This document shows positions 10,950 through 22,900 of a stretch of DNA of 42,717 nt, piece by piece. The stretch is from Coniocarpon cinnabarinum (taxonomy: Eukaryota). The notes below the pieces were generated by a model, which was not told where the DNA came from, searched no databases, and saw nothing but the letters and a program-made list of their open reading frames with translations. The DNA lies in NCBI GenBank assembly GCA_051942205.1, contig JAVECO010000188.1, positions 1-42,717 of the forward strand, in the 5' to 3' direction. Each line of letters opens with the position of its first letter. The first letter of the stretch is position 1. The position numbers were made by a program, and so were the translations under genes.

Positions 10950-11941
10950 TTACGTCGCTCCACTATACCGATAAACCTTCGTCAATAGCTCTGCATTCTT
11001 CGGACTCACAAAAAGTCCCTCGGCCTCGCAAATCTTCACTGGCGCTCCGTCTTCCCCTCTCGTCGCCTGTTGCCCTTCCACGTCAATCTCCTCGATCCAT
11101 CCCTTCGCCCATGCCTTGCGGCCTTCCACTTTTGTTGTCTCCGCCCGTATTGCGTAAAAGCGATCTGCCCTCACCGGCTTCTTGTAGTCGACCGTTAGGC
11201 GTGCCGTCACCCCAATCTTGCCAGGGAGCGCGGGAAAGCAGCACCGTGCCAAACCCTCATCTAGCAGTGTCGCGAGCAGCCCACCGTGAATGATACTAGG
11301 GTGCCCGCAAAGTTGCGGCCCGAGATGTAAGAGTGTCGTCAGGTTTTTCCCGCCGTCATTGAACATCAAAGGCGGAACAGTGATGCGACCGGGTCCCGCA
11401 AGTGTGCCGCCTGTGAGATTCGTGGGCTTGAGCGCGTCGGGAATTTTAAGGTGAGGTCGGGCTTCGGTGTAGCCACCCGAAGCGCGGAGTGATAGCGCGA
11501 GCGGGGAGCTTAGGATCTTATCGTTTGTGAGAGAGGCGGCTGAGTTTGGTGGCGTGTACATTGAGAGTGTTTCAGCGTTGGAAGGTGGGGTTGCGGTGAA
11601 CAGAGCCATGAGCGCATCGCGGTTGGGGAGATAGGATAGAGCGAGGTAGGCGCCGGTTAGAAAAGCGGAGGACGTGATGAACGTGTAGAGAGACACAGTG
11701 CGAAATGTTCGGGACGAGAGAGGTCGTGAGGGTTGTGAAGCTGAACATGAATGTGAGCCAAAGCCTGACGAAGGGGAGAAGCGGAGGGGAACGAACCGTA
11801 CGCGGTGGTCGTTTGTGCCCGGCCTAATATACGTGATGTTGGCCTGAGCAAAGAAAATGCTGATTTCTTCTGCAAGAGCATGCGGTGCTGATATCGAAAT
11901 CCAAGTGCGAAACGGGCCTCGAAGGCCGTCCCGGGCATCAT
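10950..11941 (-). CDS. Mitochondrial PaaI/THEM4-type hotdog-fold thioesterase (Fmp10-like), ~311 aa, 2 exons
   Basis: Motifs LCGHPSIIHGGLLATLLDE and GVTARLTVDYKKP. Proposed exons 11941-11797 and 11740-10950, with intron GTTCGT..GCTCAC..CAG (56 nt). The splice joins an Arg/Ser/Leu-rich presequence (MLLQKKSAFSLLRPTSRILGRAQTTTAYAS; alternative ATG 11881) to a TM segment and the catalytic domain. Confidence 0.88.
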
Positions 11942-12913
11942 TTTGTAGATATCGCAAACCCAAGAAGACAATGGCTCGGGAAGCAGACGCAAGTGCGACT
12001 GTGACGAGTCAATTGCGGCGAAACCAGTCGAGCTTCCTGCATTCGACGGTGTGAGAGCTTCACAGAACAAGCAAAGTCTGCAGACAACGAGATAGAAACG
12101 AAAGTGAGATGAGAAACAATTTGCTCGCTCTCGCGTTCAGCCTCGGCGATGAGTAGCAATGCAATCGATAATTATCGGTCAACCTGCGCAAGGGTCCCTA
12201 GTCCTTGAGTCCATGCAATGAGGCCCCCGTACCTACGACATAGAAAAACTCCGTGCTGTGAAGCTGAGTGAATCCTCAAAGCTTTCAGTGTCTTACAAGA
12301 GCCTGGATCATTACTATGACAAGTACTGTCGTCCAGGCCGAGGTATGAATACAGCAAACGAGTCTTCAGTGTAAGCATGATCTTTTGTCTTGGCCGGAAC
12401 AGCCAAAGCCTTCTCCGCCTCAGAAAGCGCTTTACTGGTTTTCGGCGAAAAATTATCTTGTCCAGCACTGTCGGCGCAGTGCAGCGCCTCTGGACGACTG
12501 CTACTCCAGAATGCCTTCGATTGGGCAGAACTCGGCTTCTCAGATTGATTTCACATCTGCTTGGTGCCATCGAGTGGCTCTGTGAGGTGGTCATTGTGTA
12601 CAGTGAAGCTAGCCACTTCATGTTTCTGTTACTCCTCGTCAGTCATTCGAATACTTGTATTTTCATGATGAGAAGGAGATGTGTTGTTTATTCAGATCAA
12701 GTGTAGATTTTGAGTCGGCCTACGTTCTGTTCGCGAAAGCGAGGAACATCCGTATTGCAGAATTCATTATGAATATTCATCACGCTTCTTAGTGGAAGCA
12801 GGACGGGCTTGACTTACACGTTTGCAAAGCGCAATTTTGCTCGTAAGTGTTGGAATGCTGGAGAAAGGAGGGTGGTCGATTTGCGCTGCTTGAGCTGTTG
12901 AACAATATGAGCC

Positions 12914-15049
12914 TCAGCTTGGTTCCAAAAGCGCCTTCGTCCAGTCCCACACATCCCACAAGTCTTTGAACGCCTTCACGCGGCTTTGCATCTCTAAATC
13001 TCCCTTGCGCCAGCGCCCTTGTTTCTTGATTACTTCGGGACCCACATCAAGGATACCACCGATGATTTCTCGGGCGAAGAGATCGCCTTTGGGCCATCGC
13101 CTGGGATCCTCGACCACATGGCCCAAGCCCCCGTCGATCCGAAACCAGACATGAAAATAGGGAAGCTCGCTCACCATGCTCTTCCTGAAAGCGTGTCTTC
13201 CGAAGCCAGGCTTTTCACTATTTTTGAGCGTGTCAATAATCTTTTTGTGCTGAGTCCATTCTTCGTCAGCACTCAGGATGGCTTCCTTGAAGTATTGTGG
13301 GATCGTGTCAGCTAGCGACATAGGTATGGGTATGGCTTCCAGACTGGCATGCCGCTTGCGTCCTTCATGAGCTGCATTTTCGTAAAATATCACCGATCGT
13401 TGCGGCTTTAAGTTGTAGTAGAAGCGTGTCAGCGACTTCATGAAGTTTCTGATTTCTTCCCACTCGTCATCATCGCATTCGAGCAAGTTGAGACGATGCT
13501 GCGTTGGAGCGATGGTGGCGCAAAATCCGTAAGGCGTGATCTCTGGCGACGTTGGAAGTGTGAGGAACGTGCGAGTGCCCAGTGAAACGACTGGCGCTGT
13601 TGGGGGAGCGTTCGCGTCTTCGTCGCTGCAGAGCGGACACGTGTCTAGGATCTTCTTTATTTTATGGTACTCTTGAATGGAAGTGTTCCGAAGGTTGATG
13701 TCCGACTTTTGCACAGATTTGGCTAGCTTTTCGGCGTTGTCGTCCATGTATTCAAGATCATCATTAAATTTGCCGTCCTTCGCAATGCGCTCTGCAAAAG
13801 CTCGACCATCGCCAGCGAACTGACCTCGCGTTCTTCTCTCCTGTCGAACCATGTCATCAACACTCATGTCCTCGTTTTCCTGTACAAGACCTCGCTCTCG
13901 TCCCCTCTTGCCAGACACTTCTGCGACCTCGCCCTGTCTTCCGCCAGCAAGCATACGGTTCTCCATTCGATTCAGAACAACAACATCCGGCTGCCTAATG
14001 TTTGCTGCTGAAGCCATTGCTGCATTGTATTTAGCTTCTAGATCAGCAGCTTTGGGATCTTTGCGCAGCTGTGCTCTCATCACATCAGCTTTCATTCTGT
14101 TCAACGTCGTTTGGTCGAGAAGCAAAGTCTCTGTATGAGCCGGGTCTTCGTCCATGGCCTCGGCTTGGGGAATATCAACATCGATTTCGTTAGCTTCACG
14201 CGGGGCTGTGCCACGTTGACCCGCAAGACCTGCATTGATTTTGCGCTCCTCGAAAAGGTCGCCGCTTGGCTTTTCCTTACCAACGTAATTTTCACCGTAT
14301 ATGTTTCTGCGATCCATCTCGATTTCTTCCTCTCGAGCATCATCGAAGTCACGTATACTTCCGTAACGACTCACTGCGATGTCATCGACTGATTTGCCCG
14401 TCTCTTCGGCCTCACGATATATCCCACTGAGCTTCTTCATTCGCCATGCCGAGCCTGCATCGCCAAAGGCATAGTTAACTTGGTGTTGTGAAGGCAATTC
14501 TTCCAGACGATCATCTTTGCCGCCGTTTCCCGCTGAAGATGCGTTTTGGTCACGACCTGTTGGCTGCACATGCTTTGCTTTGCGGAAAGGACCAGGTGGA
14601 GTCTTGGGCCGTTTAGAGCGAACGTTCTCAACTGCGTCACCAGCAGGACCCTGCATCCAGGACATGCGCGATGGCCTATTGTCTGCATGCTTCTCAAGTT
14701 CTCTCGCCCTCAGCGTGTCTCGAGTCGAGCCATCCTCTATCTCATGTCGCGACCCACCCTCTGATCCTTTCCCACCCACTTGGTCGGAAAGTGAGTCGTG
14801 CCTTGCGAGGCGCTCCCTTTGTTTTTCGTGGCCATCGCGATGTTTGCTGCGCCTTCGATGCCTTTTATGGCTCTCGTCGTTGTGAGAATAGTGGCGTGAT
14901 GGCTCACGGTGGTGATTGGAGTGACGGTTGTGTCTTCTGTGGCTATGCCGCTCATCTGTGCTTCTGCTGCGTTTCCGTTTGCTGCTACGAACATTATCCC
15001 TCTCAGCTTGCTCCCTCGCTAGCTGTCTCTCAAAATCCTCCAGTGTCAT
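12914..15049 (-). CDS. CWF19: Cwf19/CWF19L2-like spliceosome-associated protein with CwfJ C-terminal domains, ~711 aa
   Basis: Arg/His-rich N-terminus, then YAFGDAGSAWRMKKL, DDLEYMDDNAEKLAK, CPLC, DDDEWEEIRNFMKSL, YFKEAILSADEEWTQHKKIIDT, LPYFHVWF..GGLGHVVED. First ATG at 15049 (MTLEDFE). Confidence 0.93.
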   Translation of the reverse strand: MTLEDFERQLAREQAERDNVRSSKRKRSRSTDERHSHRRHNRHSNHHREPSRHYSHNDESHKRHRRRSKHRDGHEKQRERLARHDSLSDQVGGKGSEGGSRHEIEDGSTRDTLRARELEKHADNRPSRMSWMQGPAGDAVENVRSKRPKTPPGPFRKAKHVQPTGRDQNASSAGNGGKDDRLEELPSQHQVNYAFGDAGSAWRMKKLSGIYREAEETGKSVDDIAVSRYGSIRDFDDAREEEIEMDRRNIYGENYVGKEKPSGDLFEERKINAGLAGQRGTAPREANEIDVDIPQAEAMDEDPAHTETLLLDQTTLNRMKADVMRAQLRKDPKAADLEAKYNAAMASAANIRQPDVVVLNRMENRMLAGGRQGEVAEVSGKRGRERGLVQENEDMSVDDMVRQERRTRGQFAGDGRAFAERIAKDGKFNDDLEYMDDNAEKLAKSVQKSDINLRNTSIQEYHKIKKILDTCPLCSDEDANAPPTAPVVSLGTRTFLTLPTSPEITPYGFCATIAPTQHRLNLLECDDDEWEEIRNFMKSLTRFYYNLKPQRSVIFYENAAHEGRKRHASLEAIPIPMSLADTIPQYFKEAILSADEEWTQHKKIIDTLKNSEKPGFGRHAFRKSMVSELPYFHVWFRIDGGLGHVVEDPRRWPKGDLFAREIIGGILDVGPEVIKKQGRWRKGDLEMQSRVKAFKDLWDVWDWTKALLEPS

Positions 15050-15564
15050 AGTTGTGTTCAAAAGCCAAGGGCTCCGATGCTACAACTCAACTTAGCGTAA
15101 TGCCAAGAAACATGTCATCAAATTTCCATAACTACCATGCATCCCCATTATGCACCATCTTCAAGTTTACACTCCCATACCTTGCTCTACTAATCTCGGA
15201 GAACCTTTCGCGAGACGAGTGGCAGGCAAGGATTGCACCGACGCCTATGCCATTGCCAAAAAGGATTCCGGCCATATTGCAAAGCGCTACAAATTTATAT
15301 AATACAGGCGCACTCCTTGGTCTTTCAGACAACCCAGAGCTAGCGCGTGCTATTTGAGAGTAAGGCATCGGAACTGTGAGAGTACGCTTAGCTGCTCATA
15401 TAAAACTCTGCTTTGCAGTATTGTATTCACCTGATGACGATCGAGTCCAGCTTATGAGGACATCTCCAATCAACGCTTCAGACTATCCTAGCTGTCGCCC
15501 TATTGCTATCAACGCCATTTAAGTGCGGTACTGGTGAAGCGCGCATCGGCAGATCATATTCAAG

Positions 15565-16764
15565 ATGGCACCGTCGCCCGTGGTAGTCGTCTGTGTTGGC
15601 ATGGCTGGCTCAGGCAAAACCACTTTCATGCAGCGGATCAATTCCCATTTACATTCAAAGGACGCACCGCCTTACGTTGTAAATTTAGATCCAGCCGTCC
15701 GCAAGATCCCGTTCGAGAGCAACATCGACATTCGAGATTCTGTAGATTATAAAGAAGTAATGAAGCAGTATCGTCTTGGCCCAAACGGCGGCATCCTGAC
15801 ATCCTTAAATCTCTTCGCGACAAAAGTCGACCAGATCTTAGCAATTCTGGAAAAACGGTGCAAACCTGCCTTGGAAACAGGACAATCCGATTCAGCCAAA
15901 AGTATGCCAATCGAGAACATCATTATTGATACGCCTGGCCAGATCGAAGTGTTTGTGTGGTCAGCGTCTGGCCAAATCTTGCTGTCCTCACTTGCGTCCA
16001 CTTTTCCAACCGTTCTTGCGTACGTAATTGATACACCGAGAACTGCGTCTACATCAACATTCATGTCCAACATGCTATATGCGTGCTCGATATTATACAA
16101 GACAAAACTTCCCATGATCCTTGTATTCAACAAAACCGATGCTCAGAGCGCAGATTTTGCCAAGGACTGGATGACCGATTTCGACAAGTTCCAAGCGGCT
16201 TTGAAGCGAGAAGAAGAGACTGGCACCTGCGGCGGCGCAGAGGGCACCACCGGCGGCCCTGCGGTCGGGGGGAGCGGCTACATGGCTAGTCTCTTGAACA
16301 GCATGTCTCTCGTTCTAGAAGAATTCTACAAAAATCTCAGTGTCGTTGGCGTATCATCTGTGACGGGTGCAGGTGTAGACATATTCTTTGACGCCGTGCG
16401 AGACAAAGCCCAGGAATTTGAGCGAGATTATAAGCCAGAACTAGAGCGTCGCCGTCAGGATAGAGAAAAGCAGAAGACTGATTTGCGCGAACAACAGCTG
16501 GGCAAGATGATGGCGGACATGAGCGTGGAAGGCAACAGTCGCGCTCAAGTGGACAATTTGCCACGACGCGCAAGAAAGGAACCAGAGACGATCAGCGATA
16601 TGGAGGACGAGGACGAGGACGGAGACGAAGAAGGAGTCGACTTCGACGACAACGGAGGCGATCAGGGCTTGACAAGCCGTTATCGCCAGGCCATGGAGAA
16701 CAATGCTGGCTCGAGGCAAGATGAAGCAAGCTTTGCAAGATATATACGGCAATCACAAAGGTGA
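15565..16764 (+). CDS. NPA3: GPN-loop GTPase 1 (Npa3/GPN1), RNA polymerase II biogenesis, 399 aa
   Basis: P-loop GMAGSGKT, then [19 protein letters not shown] (GPN loop), [20 protein letters not shown] and an acidic C-terminal tail. Confidence 0.96.
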   Translation: MAPSPVVVVCVGMAGSGKTTFMQRINSHLHSKDAPPYVVNLDPAVRKIPFESNIDIRDSVDYKEVMKQYRLGPNGGILTSLNLFATKVDQILAILEKRCKPALETGQSDSAKSMPIENIIIDTPGQIEVFVWSASGQILLSSLASTFPTVLAYVIDTPRTASTSTFMSNMLYACSILYKTKLPMILVFNKTDAQSADFAKDWMTDFDKFQAALKREEETGTCGGAEGTTGGPAVGGSGYMASLLNSMSLVLEEFYKNLSVVGVSSVTGAGVDIFFDAVRDKAQEFERDYKPELERRRQDREKQKTDLREQQLGKMMADMSVEGNSRAQVDNLPRRARKEPETISDMEDEDEDGDEEGVDFDDNGGDQGLTSRYRQAMENNAGSRQDEASFARYIRQSQR

Positions 16765-18257
16765 CGAGAGCGTTTTACTTGGATCGTACGATGCAACAGC
16801 CTAAGGAAAAAAAACTTAGAGCACGATATCTATCACTGGAGTAAAAGGACTCTGGCATCATTTTACGACTGGATATACGTCATTATCGCATGTCCCAGGA
16901 TATCAGTCATATTTCACATACATGCCATGATGTGGGACGCTATGGTGCAAACGCGACAGCACAAATAATATATTTTTGCTTCAGATTTTGAGACTTCGGG
17001 GAGATGCTCCATTCTAGCGTCAATTCTCCCACGAAACTTTGAGTACGCTTTTACTCCAATAACCAGTCCGGACAGCAATTACGTTTAAGGTACGTGTACG
17101 ACGCTTTCCGAATCATCTCTATCAAGCGCCGCGACTCATGCGACCCAAGCTCAATCAATCGCAAGTCCAAACACGGCGATGCTGCAATGTCAATTCCTGC
17201 GTGCTTGCGAGCAACTCTGAACGTTGGTGCCCAATTCAACCGAAGGAGCGATAAATTTCCTCTTATCAAACACGGACACGTCAATCATCGCTTCCTCGTT
17301 CACAAACGACGCCGACGTCTCTCATAGTGGCTTGTTTCAATCATGGACTGTTTTCTCATAGTCCGAACGAGGCTGTTTGGTAAAATGTATCAACGGCTGC
17401 CTCGCTGCGCTCAGAGGACAACGGTTGCACTGAAACACTAGCACCTCTAGGGGCATGAAGGCTGCGGCTCATAAAGCGGACTCACGTTGCGGTAGGGACG
17501 AAGTTCAAGCCATAAGTACTGGAACGAAGAGAGTCGTCAAAATGCTGGAAGCATCGAATAGGTGATCAAACATTGTAAACAAATATGTGTTTTTGGACGC
17601 CTCACCTCAGTCGAAACAGAATTGTCTTAATAGAAGATACGCAACTATTTACTTGCGCTCAGGTCGGGGCCAATACGGTCTTGACATATCAGTGTCGACG
17701 ACATCTCGGAGTTTACTCTTCTTCTTTGGTTGCGTACTGTGACTTGAAAGATGCGGTGGATGGCAATGACACACGGAATTTCTAGATTAACTATTGCTGT
17801 CTCTCGCAATGGCAGCGCGGATGTTTAGGCTTAGAGCCTCCTCCTTAAGTGCTTTTGAGCCATCAAATCCCTGAGCACAGGTGCGTCAGCGTCCTGCGCC
17901 TCACAAAGCGCCAAGTTACGGCGTGGCGTAAAGCTTTTGGCACACTGGAATGGATTATGCCCGAAAAGATTCGGCAAAAAACCCAGGTAAGCTGACACCG
18001 AAGTAGCGACTCGAAGGATTTGGAACAGGGTTTCTAGCCACGTGACCATTGAAATTTCTCGAGGTCGACATCGGTAAACGTATCACCGCAAATTTCAGAC
18101 TTGCCTGCTGGACGCAAACCTGCCTCATACAAATACAGACACCTCATTGCAGAGAAATGACTTGTTGAGGGACTGATATCGCCTCTAACATCAGAGAGCA
18201 AGCAGAACTAAAGCATCGCATAGCTGCCGCCAGCGTGCGGCAGCATTCACAGGAGTC

Positions 18258-19599
18258 ATGAATGAATACGCGAGCGAAACAGATAGTGACTTCGCGTCGT
18301 TTTGGAAAGATTGGGTGCGTACCGCTCTTTTCCTAAAGCATCAAAAGAAGGCACTCCGTGTGGTTCTAAGCATCCGGCATTCTCATGTTGGTGAAATGGC
18401 GGCAGACAGACAGATTACGGCCCGAGACATTGGATCTGGATACCTTGCTTTTCTGGACCGGTAGCGGATGCTGATGGAAAGCGGCATCAGATGCATGCAT
18501 ATGCAAACCCTTCATTGGGTGTGTCACCAGCAGGTCGAACCCATCCATCACCGTAGGCAAACGGTCATTATATCGCGGCCACGTGACATCTGCATGTTCA
18601 AGATCCACCCTGGTAACCCACGCAATCTGGATTTGTCAAGCACCCCGAACCTTCACAGAGTTTGCTCAGTCTTATGCAGTAATAGAATTCGTATCAACCT
18701 GCACGGTTTGGCGGTCACGTCTCCCAGGGCCACATTCTATCAGAAATGGATGAATCCTGGACAGCTGACGTAAATCCCTTGTGCAACTCAGTCTTCGCTT
18801 GCTAACAATGCGTTTCTTAGTTCGTGTCTTCAAAAGGCAACGAATACTTCTGTGACATCGATGAGGAATATCTTACCGATCGATTTAATCTCACCAACCT
18901 CAACACAGAAGTCCAATACTATCAATACGCACTGGACCTGGTGACGGATGTCTTTGATCTCGACTGCGATGAGGAAACACGAGAACAGATTGAGAAATCT
19001 GCCAGACATTTATATGGACTCGTGCACGCTAGATACATTGTTACTACTCGTGGACTTCAGAAGATGGTAATGAAGTGGCGCGTCTGATCTATGTCACATA
19101 CTGACGGAACGTGCAGCTTGAAAAGTACAAGAAAGGCGAATTTGGCAAATGCCCTCGGGTGTTTTGTGAAGGACAGCCTCTGCTACCCATGGGCCAGCAC
19201 GATGTCGCCAACATGAGTCCAGTAAAACTTTACTGTCCACGATGTGAAGACCTCTACAATCCGAAGTCATCCAGACACGCATCCATAGATGGCGCATACT
19301 TTGGGACTTCTTTCCATGGCATCCTTTTCCAGGTCTACCCACAACTGCAACCACCCAAGACTCAAAGACGTCACGAGCCGAAGATCTATGGATTCAAGGT
19401 CCATGCTGCCGCTGCGCTTGCGAGATGGCAAGAGGAAAAGCGTGATCACATGAAGTCGGAGCTCGTGCAGCAAGGCCTGGACACTGGTTTTGAGCGCGAG
19501 GATGAAGAAGAAATGGGAGACGGAGACAGCCAAGGTGATGAAGTTGCCGCTGAAGATGGAATTGACGATATGTTTGAAGGAACACGAGTAATGCGTTGA
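18258..19599 (+). CDS. CKB2: Casein kinase II regulatory (beta) subunit, CKB2 type, ~261 aa, 3 exons
   Basis: Exons 18258-18314, 18821-19066, 19117-19599. The splice gives MNEYASETDSDFASFWKDW|FVSSKGNEYFCDIDEEYLTDRFNLT, HLYGLVHARYI, the zinc motif FGKCPRVFC...VKLYCPRC, and IDGAYFGTSF. Intron 1 is 506 nt and intron 2 is 50 nt. Confidence 0.95.
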
Positions 19600-19962
19600 A
19601 CTGTCTTTAATGATACACGCACGCGTGTAGTGTCAGTGGTGGAATGCAGCACCGGTGGCGTGCACGGTGACCGTCGCCGTCACCACCTGCTGAAAAATTA
19701 CTAGAAATGGCATCTTGTATAGACTTCTGATCAACATCTTTCATTGACAACAATACGGCACAGGCTAACGCGTACAGCTCCCGGAAGGAGCAATGTAATG
19801 AAGCCAGCGCCTTGTACAGCGGGCATTAAGACTTCACCAAGACTTTCTGTGTTTCCCCGTCTTGCCAAGCCTTAATTATGTGTAACCTCAAAGAAGAAAC
19901 TTGCTCTTTAACAGACGCCTCAGACAGCTCGCGTGGCAAGACTGGGCCTTGATGAAGAAGTT

Positions 19963-22900
19963 ATGCCATTCATGGAGGATCAACAAGAGTCGCCCACATT
20001 CGGCGGCAGTCTCGCTGATGATCTCTTCAATGACCCTCAGTCCGCACTTCCAGGGCCTGATCAGCTCTCATCCTCTTACATCTCAACAATTTACAAAGTT
20101 GATCGGCTAGCCGTAAGCGGTTCATCACAGTGAGTTGCTGATCGACGCAGCGCTCGCCTCATTGACTCTGATCGCGACAAAGACGCATAGCCTGGGGAAG
20201 CAATGGCATGATAGCAGAGATTACAGAGGATGCCACGGCCGTCAGCCTACGCACTCTGGTTCACAATGAAGAGTAAGTTGCTCTACGCCGGGCGTAGACC
20301 CGCCGCTATAAGACGTTCAGCTCGGAACTCGACCCTGTCGACTTTTGTGGACGTAGCAACTTATGCGTCTTTGTGCAATTCAAGGGGCTGTGTAATGAAG
20401 CCTGTTAATATGCTTTCGGCTCAAGTTCACTAGCTTAGCATTTTGTCACTGCTGGGAAACACATGCAAGACCTTCTTTTGCCATTTGTCATTTGCCATCA
20501 CGTATTAAGCCTTTGCGTGTCGTGTTCAGGCACATCGTGATACCTGATCCCATTCTTCCGCCAAAGAAGGAGGAGCTTGTAGAGGATTAATAAAAACACG
20601 AAGTGCATTTCAACACCGCATTTCGATTCATCGCAATTGAAGTGGCCGTCGCTGACACGCTCCACGTAGCAAAGGTCAATTTGAGCTCTCGAGCCCTTTT
20701 AATCTCGAATTACCATCGACAACTCGATTTCAGCTGCCCTTGGCTCATGTCTCATGGTCGCCTATTAATGGAACTTCGATGCTGGCCGTTGTCGATTCAG
20801 CGGGAAACTATGCTCTTTACACAGCATCACCTGTAATTTGTCAACTCAACAAGACTTCGCTCCTGACGTTTGATGGCAAGGGCGCCAATGCAGGATGCGT
20901 CTCTCTATTTTGGCTGCGGAGCAAAGCAGTAGGTCGCTGTGGACTGGACCACCGTTGTTAGTAACTAACCAAGTTTTTACAGGCCGGACCTGGGCCAGTG
21001 AAGTTTTCCTGGAAGGCAGCCAACTCGTGGGCGTATTCAGCAGGGCCGGTGGACAAGTTACAAGGCCCAACAAACTTAGTCACACCAATGCATTCTTTCA
21101 TCGCAATCACAAGAGACAACTTACTTCGCCTTTGCTTCCCACAGGTCAACGGCACGTGGCAACATGTTGAAGAGCGTTTGTGTCCTTGTGAGTTGATTGA
21201 AGAAGTGCTTACACATGCATCAGTCGCGCCATTCAAGGGTAAGTCACCATTGTTTGTATGTGGAATCACTTCAAAATCATTCTAAGGCGAACGCAGAAAA
21301 CTCACTGCTCGTGGCAACTCTCAGTCTGCAATCAACACTCAGCGTATACGAAGTCTCTCTTGATTGGGGAGCTGACCTAGACGTCCACGGACGACACATC
21401 AAACCTGGATCGCAACTGAGTCCGAGGTTGAAGGTCACCTGCTTGAAAGTCGTGGAACGCTTTGGCTTGGAGCAAAATGTGAGCCTCTCGGATATCAGAA
21501 CACAGCCATGCCACTTATTGTGTTTGCCGCCAGCAATAGAAGGTCCTGACGCTCCACCATCAGCCGCTAGTATTTTCGCCGTCTTCTGCAGCGCGGCGCA
21601 GTCGCCTGCATCTTCCATGACGCGAACTTTCTCGTCCCGTATATTGTCTCACACGATCAAAGAGGACACAGAGACATTGCATTCCAGCTTCACCTCCATG
21701 GCTACTCGGCGAGGTAAAAACATCTCTAATGCGACCAGAGTAAGCGAATCACTACCAGTTGGCGCCTGCTTTCAGCTAACATTTCAAAGCCTGTGATCAA
21801 TTTACCCATAGAGGTCGACATGGAAATACCTGGAGTGGTGGTTTCGACTTCCCCACAACGAGCTGACACGATGCTGGTATTACTGGCCAACGATGGGAGC
21901 TGCCGCATTTTCGATCGTGCCTCGAACCAGCTTCTGAAATGCGACCCAGTGGCGAAGAAGATGCGACACCCGTTAGAAGCAGCGTTCGCTTTCCTTCCCG
22001 AGGAAAACACCGACTTTCTTGACTGCGCATTCTCTCCGAGCGGCTGTGCCATTGTCAGATGTGAGAAGGACAAAGACATGAAATTGAAATCCATGGAGAA
22101 GATGCTGTCCGAGCCGGATTTGAGAACCGTCGCCGGTCTTTCAATGATGTCAGCCAGCACTTGCTTCATGAACGTGAGCAACGAAGACGTATTGTCACAC
22201 TCGTGGCAATTGCTTGAGCATCAAAGCTCGCAGGAGCTGCTCATCGAGTTTTTCAAAGCCATCAATGCGAACCTGGAATATGTCTCAGAGGAATCACAAT
22301 CGCGCATGTCGTCGTTCCTCATCAGTCCGATCATGACTAAAGCCCTAAGCATGCTTGAGAGTATGGATTTGTCTCGCAGCCGGCGACGCAGCATTGCCTC
22401 CAAAACTGCATTGGTCTTGCTTGAGCTGAGATCGCAAGGCACTGCCGTGCAACTGGTGTTCAACAGTACCCCTGACAAGCCTGAGATAAGTAAGTCTGCT
22501 GATCATCCCAACCACACATTGATACTCGACCTGACACTGATCGATCGGCTGTCTAGATGTGCCTGCATCCCTCCAAGGACTTATTGACTGGTACAATAAG
22601 CTCATGTGTTTTCTGATCGACGATGTTCTTGAAATCCAGCGCAAGCTTCGCAACATCAGTAAGTCTTACTTTTTGTTCTTGAGTGAGTCGCGTTCGCGAA
22701 CAATAGCTAAGACATCCCGTCGCAGGTGATCCAAGTCTTGCACAAATCCAAGCCGAGGCCACTCGAATGAACAGCCCCGTCTTAGTCATCCTACTCGCTT
22801 CTTGTCCACGCATGATGCTGCGCGTGGGATGCCGTTTCTGGCGCACTGTTACAAGCTCGGGTGGCAAAATGGCGAGCCAAGCACCATTCACTCACCAATA

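Noticed and set aside
12172..12706. 149-aa (-) and 109-aa (+) ORFs between the thioesterase and CWF19
   Set aside because: No recognisable motifs, overlapping on opposite strands, and no convincing splice model.
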